Positions 37,157 through 47,117 of a stretch of 64,000 nt of DNA are shown here, piece by piece. This DNA is from an uncultured Rikenellaceae bacterium (GTDB lineage: Bacteria > Bacteroidota > Bacteroidia > Bacteroidales > VadinHA17). Under the pieces are notes generated by a model that did not search any database, had not been told where the DNA came from, and was given only the letters and a program-made list of their open reading frames with translations. Numbering within the stretch: position 1 is the first letter of the stretch; the number at the start of each line of letters is the position of its first letter. The position numbers and the translations under genes are program-made. Location of the stretch: assembly GCA_964640125.1 (NCBI GenBank), contig CAZXGG010000009.1, positions 6,398 to 70,397 on the forward strand, in the 5' to 3' direction.

Positions 37157-39541
37157 TCATTCTTGCCGAATGGAATCTGCAGGATTGGTGAGAGCTGCCT
37201 GGTAGGACTGGACACTCACGGTGATCAATGCAATGATCAAAGACAGGGCACCCGCTACAACAAATATCCACCAGGGCGTATTGGTCCGGTAAGCAAAATT
37301 TTCCAACCATTTGTTCATAAGAATCCATGCCACAGGAATCGCAATAACATTTGCCAATATTACCCACCGGGTGAATTCCATGGAAAGCATCTTTATTATC
37401 CCCGGAACGGTACTCCCAAGTGCTTTTCGAATGCCTATCTCTCTTGTTCGTTGCTGAGCCATAAAAGAAGCCAGCCCCAGCAGACCTAAGCAGGAAATGA
37501 AAACTGCCAGAAGAGTGAAATAGGTGAATAACTTACGGAGTCTGATTTCCGGAAGATAGAGTTGTTCATAATCCTCATCTAAAAAATGGTATTCAAAGGG
37601 ATAGTCGGGATTCGATTCATCCCAGAGTGATCTGATCCGATCAAGAGTCAGTTGAACGTCAGTGTCGTTTACCCTGATTATAATATACCGAAGATAATCA
37701 CCTACCCGGATTACAAGCGGTTCTACTTTTGTTCTTAATGATTTGAAATTAAAATCTTTAACCACTCCAATGATTACTCCCTTATTACCTGATTGAGAAA
37801 ACCATTGGTTCAGAGGATCCTTCTTCCCCATTATCCGGGCAGCTGTTTCATTTATGATGTAATTGATGCTATCTGAATGATATGAAAAATTACGTCCGGA
37901 TGATAATTGGATACCAAGAGTAGGGATTAAATCAAAATCAGTAGTATAAAAATTCATCAGGGTATTATCATCCGGGTTCTTCCCTTCCCAATCCAATCCA
38001 CTCCATAGATGGATAGTGTTTAAAGGGATATCGGATGATATGGTTACACCCTGGATGTTATTATCCTGTAAAAGTTTTTCTTTAAAGGAATTATAATAAT
38101 CCATATACCTGCCACGTGCCGGCATATAGATCACATCTTTCTTCTCATATCCCAAATCTGTTTTGCGAACAAATTCTAATTGCCGATGAACAATGAAAAC
38201 GCTGCTGATCAGGATGATTGAAATAGAGAATTGTATCAGAACCAGGGCTTTCCTGAAGGCTGATTTCTTCAGGCCTGATTGCACCTCATTTTTCAATACT
38301 CTTATCGTCTGGAATGAAGAGAGAAGGATGGCTGGATATATCCCGGATATAAAACCAGCAACCAAAGCTATTCCAAAAAAAATAAGCATCGTATTTATAT
38401 TCAGGATATGGTTTAATTCCAGGGATTTCCCTGTTAACTGATTAAAGGTATTCAACAGGAAAAGGACTATAACAAATGCCAGTACAAAAGCTATGAGTGC
38501 TGTAAAAACAGATTCTCCGAAAAACTGCTGAATTAACCGTATTCGTGAAGCCCCTGATATTTTTCGCATCCCTATCTCTCTAGTCCGGGTGCCTGATCTG
38601 GCCGTAGTAAGATTTACAAAATTCAGACAGGCGATAAGAAGGATAAAGATTGCTATGATAGAGAATATGTATACATCATTGTTCATCTCTGATGTACTGT
38701 TGTTATAGTCAATATCAAAATCAGATCTCAAATGAACATCTCGCAAAGCCTGAAGATAAACGTAAATGCTGATTTCTGAATCCGGAGATCTTTTTTTCAA
38801 TGCCTCTTCTATCTTCTGGCTGACAATTTCAGGAGAAGTACCGGGTGAAAGAAGGAGATATGCATTAAAATAATAATTACCCCATTCATTTTCAAGGTTT
38901 TGACCAAACAGGTTACCAAATGGTATGATAAAATCAAAACAGATATGAGAATTCAGTGGCGGATCCTTCAAGACTGCCGTAACAGTCCCAATCCATCTCT
39001 TATTGAACATTGCTAGTGATTTTCCCATCGGATCCTCGTCACCAAAATACTTCAAAGCAGTACTTTCTGTAATAACGATTGAGTTTATCCCCACAATTGC
39101 CTTGTCAGGATCTCCTTTAAGAAATTCATAAGTAAACAGGTTAAAAAAAGTCGAATCTGCAGCTATAATTCTCTCCTCATAAAACTGCTTCACATACCCA
39201 TCTTTTTCGGTGGATTCATATTCAACCAAAACATTGTCGGAAAAGGGACGTAACCGAGTAAAACCGATGATCTCAGGGATCTCATCATTCAGGTAGGCTG
39301 CCATCGGGTATGGAGTGACTACTGCTTTGAACAATGCATCAGCATTTTCTACCTGATCCACCAACCTGTAAAGATCTTCATAATTTTCGTGGAACCGGTC
39401 GTAACTAAACTCATCTTTAACCCAAATAAAGATCAGGAATGAACACGCCATTCCTATTGCAAGTCCGCTAATATTAATAAACGAGAAAAATTTGAATCGT
39501 CTGAAATTACGGAGAGCAACTAGAATATAGTTTTTTATCAT
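37157..39541 (-). CDS. FtsX-like ABC transporter permease (MacB-type, duplicated), no ATPase adjacent
   Basis: 794 aa with two FtsX modules (NLTTARSGTRTREIGMRKISGA and FMAQQRTREIGIRKALGS). A large periplasmic domain follows TM1. Confidence 0.88.
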   Translation of the reverse strand: MIKNYILVALRNFRRFKFFSFINISGLAIGMACSFLIFIWVKDEFSYDRFHENYEDLYRLVDQVENADALFKAVVTPYPMAAYLNDEIPEIIGFTRLRPFSDNVLVEYESTEKDGYVKQFYEERIIAADSTFFNLFTYEFLKGDPDKAIVGINSIVITESTALKYFGDEDPMGKSLAMFNKRWIGTVTAVLKDPPLNSHICFDFIIPFGNLFGQNLENEWGNYYFNAYLLLSPGTSPEIVSQKIEEALKKRSPDSEISIYVYLQALRDVHLRSDFDIDYNNSTSEMNNDVYIFSIIAIFILLIACLNFVNLTTARSGTRTREIGMRKISGASRIRLIQQFFGESVFTALIAFVLAFVIVLFLLNTFNQLTGKSLELNHILNINTMLIFFGIALVAGFISGIYPAILLSSFQTIRVLKNEVQSGLKKSAFRKALVLIQFSISIILISSVFIVHRQLEFVRKTDLGYEKKDVIYMPARGRYMDYYNSFKEKLLQDNNIQGVTISSDIPLNTIHLWSGLDWEGKNPDDNTLMNFYTTDFDLIPTLGIQLSSGRNFSYHSDSINYIINETAARIMGKKDPLNQWFSQSGNKGVIIGVVKDFNFKSLRTKVEPLVIRVGDYLRYIIIRVNDTDVQLTLDRIRSLWDESNPDYPFEYHFLDEDYEQLYLPEIRLRKLFTYFTLLAVFISCLGLLGLASFMAQQRTREIGIRKALGSTVPGIIKMLSMEFTRWVILANVIAIPVAWILMNKWLENFAYRTNTPWWIFVVAGALSLIIALITVSVQSYQAALTNPADSIRQE

Positions 39542-39719
39542 ATGACGAATTTATCGGTATCCAGATAAAAGACTCCTGGGAATCAAAACTATTACCAAAT
39601 GGCATTCTGTTATAAAACAGTGTCTTTTATCTCATTTCTGTCTGGCCATGTCACCAAAGAGATCCAGGTTAAGCTTATCACTTGCCAAAAAAGCAATGAT
39701 TACGGTTGTCCTGTAAGAA

Positions 39720-41000
39720 TCAATATGCAAACAGTGGAAACCCTTTTATGAGTTTATGCACATCCTCTTTCACTGCAACCAAATTCTCTTCATCCTCAGT
39801 GTTCATGATAACGCGGTCGATCAGATCTACGATAGTTTCCATATGCTCCTCCCTGAGCCCCCGGGTGGTTATTGCGGGTGTACCCAGTCTAAGGCCGGAT
39901 GTTTGAAACGGTGATCGTGAATCAAAGGGAACCATATTTTTATTGACAGTAATATCAGCTTTCACAAGGGTATTCTCAACAAGTTTCCCGGTAATCTCAG
40001 GTACTTTGGTTCTCAGGTCAATTAACATGGAATGGTTATCCGTACCACCTGACACTACATGATAGCCCCGGTCAATAAATGACTGAGCCATGACACGGGC
40101 ATTTTTTTGTACCTGGGTTTGATACTCTTTGAATTCGGGCTCTAACGCTTCTCCAAATGCAACTGCTTTAGCTGCAATGATGTGTTCAAGCGGTCCACCC
40201 TGTGTTCCCGGGAAAACACCGGAGTTTATCAGGGACGACATCATTCGTATTGCACCTTTTTTCGTAGTTTTTCCCCATGGATTTTCATAATCTTTACCGA
40301 TCAGGATAAATCCACCCCTGGGTCCTCTCAACGTTTTATGGTTGGTGGAGGTGACAACATGAGCGAATTCAAGAGGATTATCAAGCAGTCCGGCTGCGAT
40401 TAAACCAGCCGGATGTGCCATATCCACCATGAGCAGGGCACCAACTCCGTCAGCAATTTCCCTCATCCGTTTATAGTCCCACTCTCGGGAGTAGGCGGAT
40501 GCCCCGCCGAGGATCATTTTTGGTTTTTCTCTCTTTGCTATCTCTTCCATCTTATCGTAGTCGATCAAACCGGTTTTCTCATCCACACCATAGGCAACCG
40601 GCCGGTATAAAATCCCGGAAAGATTCACCGGTGATCCGTGTGAAAGGTGGCCTCCATGGGCAAGATCGAGTCCCATAAACGTATCGCCGGGTTCAAGAAT
40701 GGTGAGGAATACAGCCGCATTCGCCTGCGCACCGGAATGGGGTTGAACATTCGAAAATTCAGCACCAAAAAGTTCCTTTACCCTGTCAATTGCTAACTGC
40801 TCGGTTTCATCCACCACTTCACAACCTCCGTAATACCGGTGACCCGGGTACCCCTCTGCATATTTATTGGTAAGTACCGAACCCATTGCTTCAAGCACCT
40901 GTTGGCTTACAAAATTCTCTGAAGCGATCAATTCAATTCCGTTCAACTGACGTTGATACTCCTTTTCTAAAAGGTTGAAAATCTCTGAATCTCTTTTCAT
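39720..41000 (-). CDS. glyA: Serine hydroxymethyltransferase
   Basis: IELIASENF, and [14 protein letters not shown] containing the PLP lysine. 426 aa. Confidence 0.95.
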   Translation of the reverse strand: MKRDSEIFNLLEKEYQRQLNGIELIASENFVSQQVLEAMGSVLTNKYAEGYPGHRYYGGCEVVDETEQLAIDRVKELFGAEFSNVQPHSGAQANAAVFLTILEPGDTFMGLDLAHGGHLSHGSPVNLSGILYRPVAYGVDEKTGLIDYDKMEEIAKREKPKMILGGASAYSREWDYKRMREIADGVGALLMVDMAHPAGLIAAGLLDNPLEFAHVVTSTNHKTLRGPRGGFILIGKDYENPWGKTTKKGAIRMMSSLINSGVFPGTQGGPLEHIIAAKAVAFGEALEPEFKEYQTQVQKNARVMAQSFIDRGYHVVSGGTDNHSMLIDLRTKVPEITGKLVENTLVKADITVNKNMVPFDSRSPFQTSGLRLGTPAITTRGLREEHMETIVDLIDRVIMNTEDEENLVAVKEDVHKLIKGFPLFAY

Positions 41001-41139
41001 GTAAAGTAGTTCTTTTGTGTAACAGAGCTCAAATTTAAAGTATTCATGAGAATTTTGGAAGAGATTTCTTTGATTTCAAAAAAAACATAGTTACATTTAG
41101 CCTAATCATCCAACCTAATCTCTTACTAAATTTTATATT

Positions 41140-41679
41140 ATGGAAGAAGAAGAAAAAAAAGAACCCATGGAAGAGCAAAAAGCTGAACCACAAGAAGAAC
41201 CAAAAGCCGAAGTGGTTGAACCACCACAGCCAGCGGCACCCACACAGGAAAGACCTACTTTTCTGACTGTTCTATGCATCCTGAGTTTCATCGGAATTGG
41301 AATCCAGGTAATTCAGGGCCTCATTTCCCTTTTCGCCAAAAGTGCCGGTTCCATGCTTATGGAAGCTGCTGAATCTATTGAGGGATATCAAGAAATGCCC
41401 GGAACGGAATATGTTGAAGAATCATTGAGTTATGCATCCACCCTGGGTATTGTGAGTATACTGGCAGCACTGGTATGCCTCTGGGGTGTTCTCTGGATGT
41501 GGAACCTGAAAAAAACGGGGTATTATATTTACATAGTCGGTGAATTGGCTCCAGTAATCGTCTCCTTTATCCTGGTAGGATTTGGTAGTTTCCTGGGTGG
41601 TTTCTTCGCTTTTGTCGGATTAATCTTCCCGGTTCTGTTCATCATCCTGTATGGACTGAATGTTAAACATATGTCGTAA
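41140..41679 (+). CDS. Hypothetical membrane protein with acidic/proline-rich N-terminus
   Basis: 179 aa. It begins MEEEEKKEPMEEQKAEPQEEPKAE, followed by 4 predicted TM helices. Confidence 0.6.
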   Translation: MEEEEKKEPMEEQKAEPQEEPKAEVVEPPQPAAPTQERPTFLTVLCILSFIGIGIQVIQGLISLFAKSAGSMLMEAAESIEGYQEMPGTEYVEESLSYASTLGIVSILAALVCLWGVLWMWNLKKTGYYIYIVGELAPVIVSFILVGFGSFLGGFFAFVGLIFPVLFIILYGLNVKHMS

Positions 41680-41795
41680 TCACCGGAAGAAGATGCCATA
41701 AAGGATATCTTTGAAGATAACCTCTAAAGGACTTTTTAGGAAGTCCTTTTTTTTGTCCCTATGGAAAAACAGGATTGCCAAAGAGCGCTATTAAA

Positions 41796-43571
41796 TCACT
41801 CTTCAGAATGCTTTTGAAGCACTTTCCGGTAAGCAGAAAAGATTCTTGATTTCGAGATAAAACCGATGTATTTATCTCCATCCAGAACGGGCAGGTTCCA
41901 TGCATTGCTCTCATTGAACTTCTCCATAACGGTTTCCATCGTATCCTCCAGCAGGACATAGGTTGGTGGTGAAACCATCAGGTCACGGACATAGGTATCA
42001 TTGTACATCTCCCGGTTAAACATGATGTCTCTGACGTGATCAAGAAGCACAACTCCAATCAAATGATTTTCTTCATCAATTACCGGAAAAAGGTTTCGTT
42101 TCGATGTTGATATCCGTTTTACCAGCTCACCCAGTGTGTCATCCTGGTGAACGGTCTTCAGGTCTTTCTCAATCTCTCTGTCCCATTTCATCAGTGTCAG
42201 AATGGCCCTGTCTTTGTGGTGTGTAATCAGTTCGCCTCTTCTTGCAAGCCGTTTGGTATAGATGGAATGTGGTTCAAAATACATGATGGTCATGAACGAA
42301 ACGGTTGATGTTATGATCAGCGGTACAAGCAAACCATATCCACCGGTGATCTCTGCAATCAGGAATATGGCAGTCAGTGGTGCATGCATTACACCCGCCA
42401 TAAGGCCTGCCATTCCTGCAAGCGTAAAGTTGCTTTCGGTAAGGCGTACTGTCTCCAAACCGTTTACGAGCCGGGCGAAAAAGAATCCTGTAACGCCCCC
42501 CATGAACAGCGTGGGAGCAAAAATACCACCCACACCACCTCCTCCGGTTGTTACTGACATGGCCAAAACCTTACACACCATGATCATGGCAAGGTAACCC
42601 AGCAATAACCAGTAATTATCACGAAAAACATAGAAAAAGCTGTTCTCCACCACACTGGCTGTATCTCCATTCAGCAGGGCTGTTATGGTTGTATAACCCT
42701 CTCCATACAAGGGAGGAAAAAGAAAAATCAGAATGCCCAGTGACACTCCTCCGAGAAGTAGTCTGATGTACTGGTTTTTCAGTTTCCCGAACGAAGATTC
42801 GACGAACATGGTCATCCGGGTAAAATAGAGGGAAAGCAACCCGGCAAAGATCCCCAGGAGGATATAAAAGGGAATATTGTTCAGGATAAACGGTTCGGTC
42901 AGGTGGTGGGAAAAAAGAACCTCTTTGCCCATCAGAAAGAAAGCGATGGTGGCTCCGGTAACAGAGGAGATCAAAAGGGGAACAATGGATGAGATCGTAA
43001 GATCAAGCATCAGCACTTCAAGCGTGAAAACGATTCCGGCAATGGGAGCTTTGAAAATTCCCGCAATGGCTCCTGCCGCTCCACAACCTACCAGCAGGGT
43101 TATCGATTTATAATTGAGCCGCAAAAGCCTTCCAATGGTAGATCCGATGGACGCACCGGTCAGGACAATCGGAGCCTCTGAACCTACAGACCCTCCAAAT
43201 CCAATCGTAACCGTAGTAGCAAGAATAGACGAATAGTTGTTGTGTGGTTTAAGAATACTGTTCTTTTTTGAGATGGCATAGAGAATTCTCGCAACCCCGT
43301 GAGCAATGTTGTCTTTAACCACATAACGGACAAACAGTACCGTAATCAGAATGCCAAACAACGGATAGGCCAGGTAGAGGTAGCTTTCTGATTCGATATC
43401 AAATCCACGGGTCAGCAGGACTTGGGTATAATGTATCGTGTTTTTGAGCAGAACAGCTGCCAATCCACTGATGATCCCGACAACGAAACTCAGGATGTAG
43501 ATCAATTGGCGCTGACTGATATGCTTTAGACGCCAGATAAGGAACCGTGCCAGTAAACTCTTTTTTTCCAT
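41796..43571 (-). CDS. ClC-family chloride channel with C-terminal CBS pair (paralog 1)
   Basis: The start is moved to ATG 43571 (MEKKSLLARF...). Motifs are GFGGSVGSEAP, GIFKAPIAG and GGIFAPTLFMGG, followed by two CBS-like repeats. Confidence 0.88.
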   Translation of the reverse strand: MEKKSLLARFLIWRLKHISQRQLIYILSFVVGIISGLAAVLLKNTIHYTQVLLTRGFDIESESYLYLAYPLFGILITVLFVRYVVKDNIAHGVARILYAISKKNSILKPHNNYSSILATTVTIGFGGSVGSEAPIVLTGASIGSTIGRLLRLNYKSITLLVGCGAAGAIAGIFKAPIAGIVFTLEVLMLDLTISSIVPLLISSVTGATIAFFLMGKEVLFSHHLTEPFILNNIPFYILLGIFAGLLSLYFTRMTMFVESSFGKLKNQYIRLLLGGVSLGILIFLFPPLYGEGYTTITALLNGDTASVVENSFFYVFRDNYWLLLGYLAMIMVCKVLAMSVTTGGGGVGGIFAPTLFMGGVTGFFFARLVNGLETVRLTESNFTLAGMAGLMAGVMHAPLTAIFLIAEITGGYGLLVPLIITSTVSFMTIMYFEPHSIYTKRLARRGELITHHKDRAILTLMKWDREIEKDLKTVHQDDTLGELVKRISTSKRNLFPVIDEENHLIGVVLLDHVRDIMFNREMYNDTYVRDLMVSPPTYVLLEDTMETVMEKFNESNAWNLPVLDGDKYIGFISKSRIFSAYRKVLQKHSEE

Positions 43572-43712
43572 ACCAGCCGCAAAAGTAACAATTTTGTGAA
43601 TATACAACCTTGATACCTGCTGGTGATTATGATAATTTTAACAACCTGAAACCCTGCAGGTAATGAAGGGTAATGGGGACTTTTCAACTTGTCAGATGAA
43701 TTACGAACTTAG

Positions 43713-43770
43713 CTTTGCGTGCTTTTTTTCACGCAAAGAACGCAAAGGACTCGCAGAGGGCGCAAAGAGA
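43713..43770. repeat. CGCAAAG-word array and hairpin flanking the GxxExxY gene (arm 1)
   Basis: The hairpin is ctttgcgtg-cttttttt-cacgcaaag (43713-43738). It is followed by cgcaaag at 43741 and 43761, tcgcagag at 43751, and ends in aaagaga (43764-43770). Confidence 0.8.
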
Positions 43771-43785
43771 GTATACTAATGTCGA

Positions 43786-44163
43786 TTATAGGTTGTTTAC
43801 AATTCTATGGATATTATCTTTCAAAAGCTTGCAGTTGAAATTTATCAATAAGCCCAGTTTCAAACCTGAAAGTTTTAGGTAGGTAAGGGTCTGTGCAAAA
43901 TGAACAGGAGCTAATGCCTCCAAAGATTTTACTTCCACGATTACTTTTTCCTCAACCAATAAGTCAATTCGATACCCAACTTCTTGTTTTACATCTTTGT
44001 ATATGAACGGCATCGGGACCTGCTGCCTGACTTTTAACCCAATCTGAGTTAAATCATAGGCAAGAGCATGTTCGTAGACTGATTCAAGCAAACCTGGACC
44101 AGTATTTTTGTGCATATCAATTGCCACACCGATTATCTTATATGAAATTTCATTTTCTGTCAT
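43786..44163 (-). CDS. GxxExxY family protein (PD-(D/E)XK nuclease-like fold)
   Basis: 125 aa. It has the signature GPGLLESVYE (G-xx-E-xx-Y). IDLLVEEKVIVEVKS supplies the D...E-x-K nuclease-like motif. Confidence 0.85.
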   Translation of the reverse strand: MTENEISYKIIGVAIDMHKNTGPGLLESVYEHALAYDLTQIGLKVRQQVPMPFIYKDVKQEVGYRIDLLVEEKVIVEVKSLEALAPVHFAQTLTYLKLSGLKLGLLINFNCKLLKDNIHRIVNNL

Positions 44164-44173
44164 ATTTTGGTTA

Positions 44174-44246
44174 TCTCTTTATGGGCTTTGCATGTGTTTA
44201 TTCTTTGCGGACTTTGTGTGTGTTTTTTCTTAGCGTGCTTTGCGTG
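44174..44246. repeat. Inverted CTTTGCG-word array flanking the GxxExxY gene (arm 2)
   Basis: tctcttt (44174-44180) is the reverse complement of aaagaga (43764-43770). ctttgcgtg (44238-44246) is the reverse complement of cacgcaaag (43730-43738). Intermediate copies are gctttgcatg, tctttgcgg and actttgtgtg. Confidence 0.8.
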
Positions 44247-44257
44247 ATTGTTTTCTT

Positions 44258-46030
44258 TTATTCTTCCGAGAAATCGCGGATGATCGAGCGGTAGGTAGAA
44301 AAAACATTTGCCCGGGAAACAAATCCGATGTACTTGCCATCTTTCAGCACCGGTAAGTTATAATGGGTGGATGTCTGGAATTTTTGGGCTACCTCTTCCA
44401 TCGATTCATCCGGGGAAACCGATGGTTCGGGCATGAACATCAGGTCCCTGACCAATGTTTTGTTATACAACTCCTGTTTAAAAACAATGTGTCGGATATC
44501 GTTAACCCACACAACACCCAGCAGTATTCCATCTTCATCAACAACCGGGAAGATATTTCGTACCGAGTTAGAGATCACATTTACCAGCTCCCCCAGGGTG
44601 GCATCAGGACCGATCGTATTGAAGTTTCGTTCAATCAGTTTATCAACCTTCATGAGCGAAAGAGCAGCTTTATCCCTGTCGTGTGTCATCAGTTCCCCTC
44701 TTTTAGCCAGCTGTATGGTATAAACAGAATTGGTTTCAAAGATCCGGATGGTGGCATAGGATACCGTAGCAGTGATCATTAGCGGCATGAACAGTCCATA
44801 TCCTCCTGTCACTTCAGCAATCAGGAATATAGCGGTCAGGGGTGCATGGATCACTCCGGCAAGCAATCCGGCCATACCCACCAGGGCAAAATTACTTTCC
44901 GGAATATCAAATCCCAGTTGATTGCACACTTTTGCAAAAAACAGTCCGGAATTGGCACCGAGAAAAAGAGTAGGGGCAAATATTCCACCAACGCCCCCGC
45001 TGCCGAACGTGACAGAAGTAGCCACCACTTTGAATAAGATAATGACCACCAGGATAATCAACATCGCAACAATATTATCCCGCTGACCATAATATAAGGA
45101 ATAATCGAACAGGTAGGAGAAGTCTCCGTTCAGGCAGTTGTTTATAGCCTGGTATCCCTCCCCATACAGGGATGGAATAAAAAAGATCAGGACACCCAGT
45201 ATCACACCACCCAGTAAGAGTTTATTATGCCAGGAATGTATTTTATCAAACAATCCTGTAACAAACATGTACATCCGTGTAAAATAGACCGATACCAATC
45301 CACAAAATACACCGATAACGATGTAAAAGGGAATATTTCCCATCTGGAAAGTATGCTCCAGTTCGAACGAATACAAGACATCCGGTCCCAGGAAAAAATA
45401 GGAGGTCAATGCAGCTGTTACTGAAGAGATTAATAAAGGGACTAATGATGACATGGAGAGGTTCAACATGATCACCTCCAGCGCAAAAACAATGGCTGCA
45501 ATCGGTGCTTTGAAAATGGCAGACATGGCACCTGCGGAAGCACATCCCAGCATCAGGATGATTTGCCTGTAATTCAAACGCAACAGCCTCCCAAGGTTTG
45601 ATCCTAAGGCAGCCCCGGTGGCAACAGTAGGCCCCTCCAGCCCAACAGAGCCTCCAAATCCCACGGTCAATGCACTCGTAATAATGGATGAAAACAGGTT
45701 GTGAGGTTTTACCCTCCCGTTGGTTCGCGAAATAGCATACAGAACACCGGGAATCCCATGACCCACTGGCTGCCTGAGGATGAATTTAACAAACAGAACC
45801 GTGAGCAAAATACCAACCGTTGGAAAAAGAAAATATAAATAGTTATTGGCTTCCCTGTCAAAACCGCTGGTTAATAAGGATTGTATCAGGTGTACCGAGT
45901 TCTTTATGATCACAGCCCCAAAACCCGCAGAGAAACCAATAATAACACTTAGAAGAAGAACAAACTGCCTGTCATTAATGTGTTTTGTTCTCCAACGGAA
46001 AAGCTTGATCAGTAACCTGTTAATATGCAT
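44258..46030 (-). CDS. ClC-family chloride channel with C-terminal CBS pair (paralog 2)
   Basis: 590 aa. It is collinear with paralog 1 and identical at roughly 55-60% of aligned residues by eye (GFGGSVGLEGP, IFKAPIAAIVFALEV, GGIFAPTLFLG). Confidence 0.9.
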   Translation of the reverse strand: MHINRLLIKLFRWRTKHINDRQFVLLLSVIIGFSAGFGAVIIKNSVHLIQSLLTSGFDREANNYLYFLFPTVGILLTVLFVKFILRQPVGHGIPGVLYAISRTNGRVKPHNLFSSIITSALTVGFGGSVGLEGPTVATGAALGSNLGRLLRLNYRQIILMLGCASAGAMSAIFKAPIAAIVFALEVIMLNLSMSSLVPLLISSVTAALTSYFFLGPDVLYSFELEHTFQMGNIPFYIVIGVFCGLVSVYFTRMYMFVTGLFDKIHSWHNKLLLGGVILGVLIFFIPSLYGEGYQAINNCLNGDFSYLFDYSLYYGQRDNIVAMLIILVVIILFKVVATSVTFGSGGVGGIFAPTLFLGANSGLFFAKVCNQLGFDIPESNFALVGMAGLLAGVIHAPLTAIFLIAEVTGGYGLFMPLMITATVSYATIRIFETNSVYTIQLAKRGELMTHDRDKAALSLMKVDKLIERNFNTIGPDATLGELVNVISNSVRNIFPVVDEDGILLGVVWVNDIRHIVFKQELYNKTLVRDLMFMPEPSVSPDESMEEVAQKFQTSTHYNLPVLKDGKYIGFVSRANVFSTYRSIIRDFSEE

Positions 46031-46142
46031 AAGTTAACAAAGATAATACTTCCCTGATAATTCAGAAACGATGAGAAAGACTTATTTTTTTTAAGTTTGT
46101 AATGGGTGTAGATGAAATTATAACTGATGGATTATTATCGAT

Positions 46143-47084
46143 ATGAAAACTGCTGTTACTGAACTGTTCAAAATTGAATACCCTGTTATTCAGGGAGGAA
46201 TGATCTGGTGCTCCGGTTGGAAGCTGGCAACTGCCGTATGTCAATCAGGAGGTCTGGGGCTAATTGGTGCCGGTTCAATGCATCCCGATACACTCCGTGA
46301 TCATATCCGTAAAGCAAATGGAGTGGCAAAGGGGAAATTCGGAGTTAATGTACCGTTGATCTATCCGCAAGTGGAGGAGATCATGGAGATCATCATGGAG
46401 GAAAACGTAGGTGTTGTCTTTACTTCAGCCGGCAATCCCAAAACCTGGACCCGGGTATTAAAAGAAAAAGGGATTAAAGTTGCCCACGTGGTATCAAACC
46501 AGCGTTTTGCCATAAAATCTCAGGAAGCAGGAGTGGACGCTATTGTTGCCGAAGGGTTTGAAGCCGGGGGGCATAACGGAAGGGAAGAAACCACAACCCT
46601 GACTCTCATCCCATTGGTTCGATCGGTGACATCACTGCCACTAATTGCTGCAGGAGGTATTGCCACCGGACGAGGGATGCTTGCTGCTTTCGCACTGGGA
46701 GCTGATGGTGTTCAAATGGGAACACGCTTTGCCGCATCAAAAGAATCTTCAGCTCATGATAATTTCAAAAACAGGATCGTGAGTACCGGTGAGGGGGAAA
46801 CAGAACTCGTACTGAAAAAAATCGTTCCGGTGCGGTTAATTAAAAACCCCTTTCATACCCGGGTAAGTTATGCCGAACAAGCTGGAGCTTCTGCCGAGGA
46901 ACTATCGGTTATTCTCGGTAAAAACAGGGCAAAAAAAGGAATGTTTGAGGGAGACCTCGAAGAGGGTGAATTGGAAATAGGACAGGCATCTGCCATGATA
47001 CGTGAGATCCTGCCGGTAGCTGATATCATGCAAAACCTGCTGTCCGAATTCCACCAGGCAAAACGGGAGCTGCTCTCAATCTGA
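46143..47084 (+). CDS. NAD(P)H-dependent flavin oxidoreductase, nitronate monooxygenase / FabK-like family
   Basis: 313 aa. Motifs are IEYPVIQGGMIW, DAIVAEGFEAGGH and IAAGGIATGRGMLAAFALGADGVQMGTRF. Confidence 0.8.
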   Translation: MKTAVTELFKIEYPVIQGGMIWCSGWKLATAVCQSGGLGLIGAGSMHPDTLRDHIRKANGVAKGKFGVNVPLIYPQVEEIMEIIMEENVGVVFTSAGNPKTWTRVLKEKGIKVAHVVSNQRFAIKSQEAGVDAIVAEGFEAGGHNGREETTTLTLIPLVRSVTSLPLIAAGGIATGRGMLAAFALGADGVQMGTRFAASKESSAHDNFKNRIVSTGEGETELVLKKIVPVRLIKNPFHTRVSYAEQAGASAEELSVILGKNRAKKGMFEGDLEEGELEIGQASAMIREILPVADIMQNLLSEFHQAKRELLSI

Positions 47085-47117
47085 TCTATTCTGCAAAATC
47101 CATTCATACAATCCACC

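Noticed and set aside
41001-41139. Folate, glycine or ZTP riboswitch upstream of glyA.
   Set aside because: Only ~140 AT-rich bp are shared with a divergent gene. No GC-rich conserved riboswitch cores are visible.
43572-43785. Fluoride or other anion riboswitch upstream of the ClC gene.
   Set aside because: I could not find the conserved crcB-motif segments on the minus strand. The region is instead occupied by the CGCAAAG-word arm of the GxxExxY cassette.
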